64,000 bases of DNA from assembly GCA_964601935.1 (NCBI GenBank), contig CAZROP010000001.1, positions 275,661 through 339,660 on the forward strand, read 5' to 3'. The notes below the pieces were generated by a model. That model saw nothing but the letters and a program-made list of their open reading frames with translations, was not told where the DNA came from and searched no databases. Positions 18,560 through 25,974 of this stretch are shown here, one piece after another. The number at the start of each line of letters is the position of its first letter. Within the stretch, counting starts at the first letter, position 1. The DNA is from an uncultured Candidatus Saccharibacteria bacterium. Lineage in GTDB: Bacteria; Patescibacteriota; Minisyncoccia; Phycocordibacterales; UBA1006. The position numbers were made by a program, and so were the translations under genes.

Positions 18560-18597
18560 AACAAAAAACACCTTTGTATGAAAGGTGTTTTTTGTTG
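18560..18597. terminator. bidirectional terminator
   Basis: aacaaaaaacaccttt...aaaggtgttttttgtt. Confidence 0.85.
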
Positions 18598-18613
18598 CAA
18601 AAGTTGTAATGGA

Positions 18614-19285
18614 TTACTTTGCTGTCCATTTGTCGATAGCGCGTGATGCAGCATCACGTCCGCCCAGTCCGAATGCCAATCCGCCAGCCAGTGCCAGCAT
18701 AGCGATTACTCCGTAGAGCAATGGCAGCAATACGCTGTTGAAAATACCCAGAGATGCAATCGCCAGGTAGAATGTGAAAATCCACATACTCCAACGTGCG
18801 ATAGATCCTGCCATATGGCTGTGACCTGATGTGAGACGTGCCGAGCCTTCTACCATACGTACTACAAATCCTGTCAGCAGTGTTCCGACAATCACAATGA
18901 TGCCTGATACAAATACCTTTGGTAGGAAGAGGATGATGTTTTTCAATATATCATTAACCCCTGATAGCCCTACTAGATCCAGAGAAAGCTGGAGGAACAA
19001 TACAATGAGGAACCATCGTACGATTTCGCCAATGAATAATCCTGAATCTAGTTTGAAGCCAGCCTTTGCGAGGCCTTCGTCCAGACCTGTCTGTGACAAT
19101 GCCTTGTCCAGTTTCAGCGCAGAGAATATTTCACGTAGTCCCTGTTTTACCAGACCAGCGATCAGCCAGCCAACAGCGAATAATAGGATGGCGAGAACGA
19201 TTTTGGGAAGTACGGTAATAACCGAACCCCAGAGGTTTTGGAGAGAGACGGTGAATGCCTCATTCCATGTAAGAGCATAATTCAT
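18614..19285 (-). CDS. MscS-related TM-helix repeat membrane protein (CmpX-like)
   Basis: Two LP(K)..V.A/S TM-helix repeats, C-terminal LAFGLGGRDAA. Confidence 0.85.
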   Translation of the reverse strand: MNYALTWNEAFTVSLQNLWGSVITVLPKIVLAILLFAVGWLIAGLVKQGLREIFSALKLDKALSQTGLDEGLAKAGFKLDSGLFIGEIVRWFLIVLFLQLSLDLVGLSGVNDILKNIILFLPKVFVSGIIVIVGTLLTGFVVRMVEGSARLTSGHSHMAGSIARWSMWIFTFYLAIASLGIFNSVLLPLLYGVIAMLALAGGLAFGLGGRDAASRAIDKWTAK

Positions 19286-19474
19286 AAGTATGAATGTGGG
19301 ATCTTTATAGTTAACGAGTAATAGGCCTATTGTACCTCGAACTGACGAGAACGAAGGAACAAGTACATTGTACCAAACAAATGCCAGCAGGGTGCAGGGT
19401 GGGGCAGTGGATAGCGAGCCTGCCTCTGTCCCAAACTGTGTAAAACTGGTTGACTTTCAGTACATTCAAAGTAC

Positions 19475-19502
19475 TTGACAAAATATAATGATATGCTATG
19501 AT
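19475..19502 (+). promoter_or_regulatory. promoter of large RNA candidate
   Basis: TTGACA-N16-TATGAT with extended -10 TG. Confidence 0.7.
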
Positions 19503-19509
19503 ACTAGAT

Positions 19510-20095
19510 GTGGAGACAGAGTTAGCTGTATCCCAATCAGTATTTCACCAGAGAGACATAATTGCTCTCTATCTCATATTATTGCTTTGCGTGATCGGGT
19601 TCGCCGGGTCGTGGCGGGATAGTATGAATCGGATGAAATCCTGATTGGGGTACAACTGCCGCCGTGGCACTGCCGGGACAGCATACCTGCGCATCAGCCC
19701 GCGTTGACCCATAACGGGTGTCCTTCGAGATGCTTTGCCATCGGGGTCACCCACTGTGTATTTCCTTAACCTTAAAAAAATCTTGATGCTCTGCATCAAG
19801 GTACCGACAAGAGGAACTCGAGCGTCTATCGGTGGAAGTCCGATACTATAGACGATTGCCCAAGTGCAGGCAGTCAATAGCTCGAGTATATGGGTCTGTT
19901 CAGTCCATACTCATCCTCGTTGAAACAAAGCAGGAGTCAAAGTCCTCATTAAGAAGGGAGCTCAATCGGAGTGTCTCGAGGCAAGATCGACCAGCAAAAA
20001 AATCCTCCCGTTCTGCACGCATCAGATTGCACATAGCAGCCCCGGAGGTATCGGCCGAATCCACTACAGATTGTAGTTGGATCGGCCGATTTTTT
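19510..20095 (+). ncRNA. candidate large (~580 nt) structured non-coding RNA, family not recognised
   Basis: Promoter and terminator bracket a region with no credible ORF and many nested helices, e.g. 19524-19547/19634-19657, 19816-19823/19880-19887, 19811-19815/19914-19918. Confidence 0.6.
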
Positions 20096-20099
20096 ATTT
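20050..20099 (+). terminator. intrinsic terminator oriented for the + strand
   Basis: atcggccga(a)tcca-ctaca...tgtag-(t)tggatcggccgat followed by ttttt; no A-tract on the left side. Confidence 0.8.
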
Positions 20100-20169
20100 C
20101 TTCACTTCTTTGTATTTTTGCAAGAGGTGTTTTTTTTGTTCGATGAGATGTGTCTTTGGTATAGAAGAT

Positions 20170-23100
20170 TTACTCCTCTTTCATTTCCAATTTACGTACA
20201 GTGTCTACGATGAATCCTTCACGACCTTCGCGTATCTGGAATTGTCCGCCAAGTATGAGAATATTCCCATCACTAATCAGGGTTTTGTATTCTTTGTATT
20301 TTTCCGGAAACATAACGCAGTCTACTTTGTCAGAAAAATCTTCCAGTGCAAACAGACACATTTTTTCCTGCTTCTTTTTGGTTACTGTTTCTTTGAAATT
20401 TCCTGCAACTCCTCCGATAGTTGCCTTTTTGTTATGCAGACTTGTATCGTGCTTCAGTTTTTCTATAAAATGAAACTCACGACGATCTCGCCATGCGTCG
20501 AGTTTGTGTCCTGATATAGGCATGCCGAGTAGTTCTGTTTCCCATGCCAGTCGTTGGGATTTTACTGCAGGGTGACAACTTTCCAAAACCAATCGTGATA
20601 CAGGAGTTTCGGCAAATCCTGCGAATAGCGATAACTGTTCTGATTGACTGATTTTGCTGGAGTCTTTGTGAAAGGCAAGAATGCGTTCGATATTATGCAT
20701 CAGGCATCCACGCTCACCGAATTCGTCCAGTGCTCCTGACATTATTAATGCTTCTAATGCTTTTTTGTTCAGGTTTCTATCGTGTACGCGTTCTAGGAAA
20801 TTTTCTAAGCTGGTAAATTTACCGCCTTCTTTGCGCTCACGCAGTACTTCGCGGCCAACAAGATCCCCGAAGTTTTTTATATTCGATAGTCCAAATCGTA
20901 TTTTGCGGGTGAGTATACGTCCGCTGGGCAACACATCACCTTCTTCTACTGACTGTATTGTTTCATTCGGTTCTTCTGTAACCACTGTAAAATCCATAAA
21001 TGATTCATTAATACTCGGAGGCAAAACCTCGTATCCATGCGCACGTACATCCTGAATATACTTCGCGACTTCTTCCCAGTTTCCGGACTCGGCTGTCATA
21101 GACGCGGTCATGAATTCTGGGAAATACAAAGCCTTCATGTATGCAGTACGATAAGCAAGCTGTGCATAGGATCCTGCATGCGCCTTGTTGAATCCATAGG
21201 CTGCAAATGTTTCGATCATGTCCCACAACTCTTCTGCTACAGCAGGCTTCATGCCATTGGTTACACAGCCACTGCTGAACTTCTCGTGCTGTTTTTTCAT
21301 TTCTTCGGGCAACTTCTTTCCCACTGCCTTGCGGAATTTGTCTGCTTCCAGCCAACTGTATCCAGCCAACTCAACGGCGATTATCAAAATATCCTCCTGG
21401 TAAATAATAATTCCATAGGTACGCGAGAGAATAGATTCTAGTCGGGGATCAATGTACACGACCTTCTTGGGATCACGTTTGCGTGCAATGTAATCAGGGA
21501 TGAAGGCCATCGGACCTGGACGGTACAGTGCCACCATCGCGATCAGGTCATCGAGATTGCTGGGCTTTAATTCTTTCAGCCACTGGCGCATACCGCCACT
21601 ACCGAATTGGAACACACCTAGCGCGTCGCCCTCGGATAACATACTGTACACTGCAGGTTCTCCTTCTGGCAGACGCTCAATATCCAGCTCTACTCCGCGT
21701 ATTTTGTGTACACGATCAATTGCGTCTGCCATGATGGCAAGGTTTCGAATTCCCAGAAAGTCGAACTTTGGCATACATACAACACCTTCACGGTCACCAG
21801 TATACATATCATACTGTGTGACAATTTTTCCTTCACGCGAGTCGATTTGTACCGGCGAAAAATCATCAATACGTCCTGTTGGAGAAATCACTACGCCCGC
21901 TGCGTGTACTGACATATGTCGGACGTTGCCTTCGATCTTTTTACTCATGTCTATTATTTCGCGTGTCGCACGATCAGTATCATATTCTGTTCGCAATTCC
22001 GGTACGAGGTCCATCGCCTTGTCCAGCGTCATGGGAAATCCTTGCGCGCCCATAGGTATCATTTTGGAGATTTTGTCACCGATTCCATAGGGGTATCCCA
22101 AAGCGCGCGCAACATCACGTACCGCACCGCGTGCTGCCATAGTTCCGAAGGTGCCAATCTGTGCTACGGCATGTTCGCCATATTTTCTTTTGGTGTATGC
22201 AATCACTTCGTCGCGTCGATCATCGGCAAAGTCCATATCAATATCGGGTAGAGAAGGGCGTTCTGGATTCAAAAAGCGTTCGAAAATCAAACCATACTGC
22301 ATCGGGTTGATATTGGTGATGCCTGTCAGGTAGGACACCATAGATCCTGCGGCTGATCCTCGCGTATTAGAATAAATCCCGCTCTGTCGGCAAAATTCTA
22401 TAAGGTCTGCAACGCAGAGAAAGTACGAAGGGTAACCCTTCATCTGAATAACTTCGAGCTCGTATTCTACGCGTTTTACCGCTTCTTCTGTTTGTTCTAC
22501 GCCGAGCTTTTCAAATCCTTCATAGGTGAGTCTCCGCAATTCGCTTTCCGCAGTAGTTCCTGGTGGTACAGGATAGTTCGGGAATGCCCAGGTTCCTGCA
22601 GCAACATCACCAAGCGGAATATTGTATTCCTCTACCATGTCAGCAATCTTGAGTGTGTTTTCTACTGCTCCCGGGAAATCGCGGAATATTTCTACTGCAT
22701 CGTCGGGACTGATGAAGCTATAGTCACCTGGAATGGACATGCCTTTTTTCTTGCCACCGTCATCGGTGTTAATTTTTAACAGTGTTTCGTGTGCTTGCTT
22801 GTCATCGCGTTTCGGATAGTGACTATCCCATGTTGCAACTAGAGGTAGTTCAAACTTTCGCGAGATATCAACCAGTACTGGCATGATGGGTACATACCAA
22901 TCCACCTCGGGATGATTCATTATTTCTATAAACACATTGTCACGACCGAATATGGTGCAGTATTCATCTATGAGATCCTCTGCGTCAGTGCGAGCGCCGT
23001 TTTTCAATAACTGTACGAACCGGGATCCTGGGCAGCCTGACAAGCAGATGATACCTTCGCCATACTGTCGCAGTAGATCCATATCCATACGGGGTTTGTA

Positions 23101-23442
23101 GTACATGCCTTCGGTGTGGGCGATGGTGACAGCCTTCATCAGATTTTGATAACCTTTCGTATTTTTCGCTAGTAGAGTCAGGTGGTATCGTCTGCTATCA
23201 ATACCATGAACGCGATCGTGGCGTGATCGTTCTGCCATGTATACCTCGCAACCTATAATAGGTTTTATTTCGTTTTTCCTACATTCTTTGTAAAAGTCTA
23301 CCGCACCATACATAGCACCGTGGTCGGTCAGGGCAACTGCGGGCATGCCGAATGATTTGGCTAGTTTTATGATGTCTTTAACCTTTGATAGTCCGTCCAG
23401 AAGACTGTAATGACTGTGGCAGTGCAGGTGAACAAAGGACAT
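20170..23442 (-). CDS. dnaE: DNA polymerase III alpha subunit
   Basis: PHP motif HLHCHSHYSLLDG, RGSAAGS, FERFLNPER..PDIDMDF, YGFNKAH, C-terminal OB fold. Confidence 0.98.
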   Translation of the reverse strand: MSFVHLHCHSHYSLLDGLSKVKDIIKLAKSFGMPAVALTDHGAMYGAVDFYKECRKNEIKPIIGCEVYMAERSRHDRVHGIDSRRYHLTLLAKNTKGYQNLMKAVTIAHTEGMYYKPRMDMDLLRQYGEGIICLSGCPGSRFVQLLKNGARTDAEDLIDEYCTIFGRDNVFIEIMNHPEVDWYVPIMPVLVDISRKFELPLVATWDSHYPKRDDKQAHETLLKINTDDGGKKKGMSIPGDYSFISPDDAVEIFRDFPGAVENTLKIADMVEEYNIPLGDVAAGTWAFPNYPVPPGTTAESELRRLTYEGFEKLGVEQTEEAVKRVEYELEVIQMKGYPSYFLCVADLIEFCRQSGIYSNTRGSAAGSMVSYLTGITNINPMQYGLIFERFLNPERPSLPDIDMDFADDRRDEVIAYTKRKYGEHAVAQIGTFGTMAARGAVRDVARALGYPYGIGDKISKMIPMGAQGFPMTLDKAMDLVPELRTEYDTDRATREIIDMSKKIEGNVRHMSVHAAGVVISPTGRIDDFSPVQIDSREGKIVTQYDMYTGDREGVVCMPKFDFLGIRNLAIMADAIDRVHKIRGVELDIERLPEGEPAVYSMLSEGDALGVFQFGSGGMRQWLKELKPSNLDDLIAMVALYRPGPMAFIPDYIARKRDPKKVVYIDPRLESILSRTYGIIIYQEDILIIAVELAGYSWLEADKFRKAVGKKLPEEMKKQHEKFSSGCVTNGMKPAVAEELWDMIETFAAYGFNKAHAGSYAQLAYRTAYMKALYFPEFMTASMTAESGNWEEVAKYIQDVRAHGYEVLPPSINESFMDFTVVTEEPNETIQSVEEGDVLPSGRILTRKIRFGLSNIKNFGDLVGREVLRERKEGGKFTSLENFLERVHDRNLNKKALEALIMSGALDEFGERGCLMHNIERILAFHKDSSKISQSEQLSLFAGFAETPVSRLVLESCHPAVKSQRLAWETELLGMPISGHKLDAWRDRREFHFIEKLKHDTSLHNKKATIGGVAGNFKETVTKKKQEKMCLFALEDFSDKVDCVMFPEKYKEYKTLISDGNILILGGQFQIREGREGFIVDTVRKLEMKEE

Positions 23443-23550
23443 AGTGGAGGTAGTATAACATATTATGGATGGTGCTTGGGCAAAAATAAAACCCGATTAT
23501 ATATGCCTATTGCACTATAATCGGATTTTGGAATAGAACGATCCTCGCTG

Positions 23551-24018
23551 TTATTCTACAGATTCTCTGAATTCAAGACGTGCTTGGTCAGGAACTATGA
23601 AGCCTCCGCGACCATCTGACTGCAGTCCAATTTCTCGAAGACGAGCTCCCGCTCTATTAGCGCGGCTCCGGTCTTTTGTATTGCATACCAAGAATACGCC
23701 TTTAGAGGTATATTCTATAGCGTAATCTTGTGTTAAATGTATTTGCTGCACGCCCAATGTCTCATGCTGATAGATAAACCACCATTGACTAGTCGTCGTT
23801 TCGGTAGAGGCATAGATCTGTGTCTTTCCTTTACCTTTTTCGAGGGGCGGCAAATCCATTCCTATGCTGTTCCGAGGCCAATCCTCTGTTTTAGGCGCTC
23901 CCCAGAGTTGGGTTCCTTTTACAAGTAAGCACGGTATTTCCAGAACCTTCTGGAATACCACTGTGCCGCTTGGGTTTATATCGATAACCCACAGCGTTGG
24001 TTGGAGTATCTCCGGCAT
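23551..24018 (-). CDS. hypothetical protein
   Basis: 155-aa ORF followed by hairpin 23489-23529. Confidence 0.65.
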   Translation of the reverse strand: MPEILQPTLWVIDINPSGTVVFQKVLEIPCLLVKGTQLWGAPKTEDWPRNSIGMDLPPLEKGKGKTQIYASTETTTSQWWFIYQHETLGVQQIHLTQDYAIEYTSKGVFLVCNTKDRSRANRAGARLREIGLQSDGRGGFIVPDQARLEFRESVE

Positions 24019-24168
24019 GATTAATTCGTTTTAGTAATGAAGAATTGAATTGAGTTTGTATATTACTGAAAAGTCTTGGAATTGCTAGTCATTTGATAGT
24101 TATTGTTCTTGGGCGGTATATTGTTGGCAGTTGCGTACCGTGTGTTATACTGCATGCATCAATACTGT

Positions 24169-24549
24169 ATGTACCGCGTATTCCGAGGATTATCAGGGCT
24201 AGGACTGTGCGCGACCACGCCTATTGCCGAAGATACAAAAATAATAGAGTACACCGGTGTACGGTTGAAACTGTCACAGGTTCCTGACAAGCCCAATCAA
24301 TTCCTGATGGAGGTGGGGAAGAATGTGTATATAGATGGATCAGCGCGGACTAATCTTGCTCGTTATGTGAATCATAGTTGTGACCCGAACGCGTATTTGG
24401 TTGTCGAGCGCGGTCGTGCCTGGATACGGGCAGCATGCGACATAGAGGTGGGTGAAGAAATAACATTTGATTATGGCGAGGACTTTTTCAATGAATATAT
24501 AAAGCCCAAGGGTTGCCGGTGTCAGAGTTGCAGTGGTGCAGGTGTGTAG
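24169..24549 (+). CDS. SET-domain protein (putative lysine methyltransferase) with post-SET Cys cluster
   Basis: GLGL, IIEYTG, RYVNHSCDPN, GEEITFDYG, CRCQSC; start at 24154 or 24169. Confidence 0.9.
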   Translation: MYRVFRGLSGLGLCATTPIAEDTKIIEYTGVRLKLSQVPDKPNQFLMEVGKNVYIDGSARTNLARYVNHSCDPNAYLVVERGRAWIRAACDIEVGEEITFDYGEDFFNEYIKPKGCRCQSCSGAGV

Positions 24550-24558
24550 ACATACACT

Positions 24559-25209
24559 ATGCCCGAATGGATTATCGGAATAGATGAGGTAGGGCGTGGA
24601 TGTCTGGCAGGGCCAGTGATGGTGGGTGTGTTTGCTATTCGCGCGGAACATATGGACGCACTAGTTCATCCATATGTGCAGGATTCAAAGGCTGTTTCCG
24701 CCGGACGGCGCTCGGGTGCTTTTCAGTACCTGGACGATATGGCGTCTGGCGGAAGTGCGCGATATGTCGTGGCATATCAGGATGCGAGCGTGGTTGATAG
24801 TATAGGCATCGTCAGTGCGATACGTCTGTGTATTGCAGAAGGGCTTGCCGCCATCGATGTGCCTGCATCGCGAGTACATGTGTATCTCGATGGCGGCTTG
24901 CGCGCACCCACACCATGGATACATCAGAGTACACATATAAAAGGCGATAGAGACTACCCAGTAATTTCTGCTGCGTCCATTGTCGCAAAGGTAGTGCGAG
25001 ATCAATATATGCACGATCTGGCAGTACAGTATCCGTTATATAGTTGGAGTACCAATGTAGGATATGGGAGCAGGGCACATAGGGGTGCGATTATGCAGCA
25101 TGGATTAACGCAGTATCATCGCAGGATGTTTTGTAGGAGGTGTATGGGTCCTCTTTCCGTCTTCCCAGCCTCCGAGCTGGGATCCAGGAGTTGGAAAAAT
25201 AAAGATTAG
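24559..25209 (+). CDS. rnhB: ribonuclease HII
   Basis: IGIDEVGRGCLAGP, DSK, LDG, KGD...ISAASIVAKVVRD, NVGYG, HRRMF. Confidence 0.95.
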   Translation: MPEWIIGIDEVGRGCLAGPVMVGVFAIRAEHMDALVHPYVQDSKAVSAGRRSGAFQYLDDMASGGSARYVVAYQDASVVDSIGIVSAIRLCIAEGLAAIDVPASRVHVYLDGGLRAPTPWIHQSTHIKGDRDYPVISAASIVAKVVRDQYMHDLAVQYPLYSWSTNVGYGSRAHRGAIMQHGLTQYHRRMFCRRCMGPLSVFPASELGSRSWKNKD

Positions 25210-25274
25210 TTCTGTAAGTGTTCTGAATCCTGGGTCCCAGATCTCCGCTATCGCTGTGTTTGGGAAGATGGAAA
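25154..25274. repeat. CGTC-type palindromic repeat, family A copy 3 (overlaps rnhB 3' end)
   Basis: TIR tttccgtcttccca...tgggaagatggaaa; lacks the internal block found in copies 1 and 2. Confidence 0.85.
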
Positions 25275-25391
25275 ACTTGTCACCATGAATTTATTTCAAG
25301 GTTCACAGAGTCTATATTCTCACTAAGCAGAGCGGTGGTATACCTTGACACTACCTTATTTATGTGTGATATGCTGGAAAACATACGAATC

Positions 25392-25760
25392 ATGGATCAG
25401 ACAAAATTAATCAAAGAGGTCGACACATTTATCCTCGGTGTCGCGGCGTATCTTCTCCAGCAAAACTGCTTGTGGGCGCTGAAGGAGCTCACGATATCTA
25501 CTCAGTACTTAGGGAAAACGGCACGATGGTCTTACAGTGGTTTCTCTTATGAAATCGAAAATTACCGTGATTTGCAGCGAAACTGTCAGGTGAGTCTCAT
25601 GCTCACTACTCGGGACAATCGGGAGCTTGAATTCAGGAAGGTAATTTCTCATGTTGAGGGCGCTATTCTAATCGGAGGGGCGAACCTTACTTTTTCCGAA
25701 TACTGGGAGTACTTGCTACCGCTGGTGGGCGAATGGATAAATGAAAATATTCAACAGTGA
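25392..25760 (+). CDS. hypothetical protein
   Basis: Start placed at MDQTKL, downstream of the repeat and of TTGACA (25345). Confidence 0.65.
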   Translation: MDQTKLIKEVDTFILGVAAYLLQQNCLWALKELTISTQYLGKTARWSYSGFSYEIENYRDLQRNCQVSLMLTTRDNRELEFRKVISHVEGAILIGGANLTFSEYWEYLLPLVGEWINENIQQ

Positions 25761-25906
25761 TGGTAATCATTGTCTTCAGCGGACATCTCCTGGTACTTCG
25801 CCCACTGCTAGAAAAGTGGGGACTCAGCTGGACACAATTGTTCCTGGTTGACCTGACTGTGTGGTTTATACTCATAGCTCTCTCGCTGGAAGAGCTATGG
25901 GGTTAG
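25760..25906 (+). CDS. small 48-aa hydrophobic protein (not in ORF track)
   Basis: TGATG overlap; MVIIVFSGHLLVLRPLLEKWGLSWTQLFLVDLTVWFILIALSLEELWG*; terminator follows. Confidence 0.5.
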   Translation: MVIIVFSGHLLVLRPLLEKWGLSWTQLFLVDLTVWFILIALSLEELWG

Positions 25907-25931
25907 GACTGATTGCGCTACTGAAAACTCA

Positions 25932-25964
25932 AATCCCTACAAGCATATGCTGCTTGTAGGGATT
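25932..25964. terminator. hairpin terminator between convergent genes
   Basis: aatccctacaagca-tatgc-tgcttgtagggatt. Confidence 0.75.
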
Positions 25965-25974
25965 ATTCTTTAAT

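Noticed and set aside
19510-20095. tmRNA, RNase P, SRP or self-splicing intron identity for the large RNA
   Set aside because: No tRNA-like acceptor/T-arm or stop-terminated tag ORF. ggaagtccg only partly resembles RNase P P4 and has no matching 3' strand. tcag...agcagcc at ~20022-20041 lacks the SRP GNRA loop. No domain V or P7 motifs were seen.
19569-20146. Track ORFs 19569-19877 (-) and 19832-20146 (+)
   Set aside because: No recognisable protein features; the + ORF starts at GTG and runs through the terminator; base-pairing explains the sequence better.
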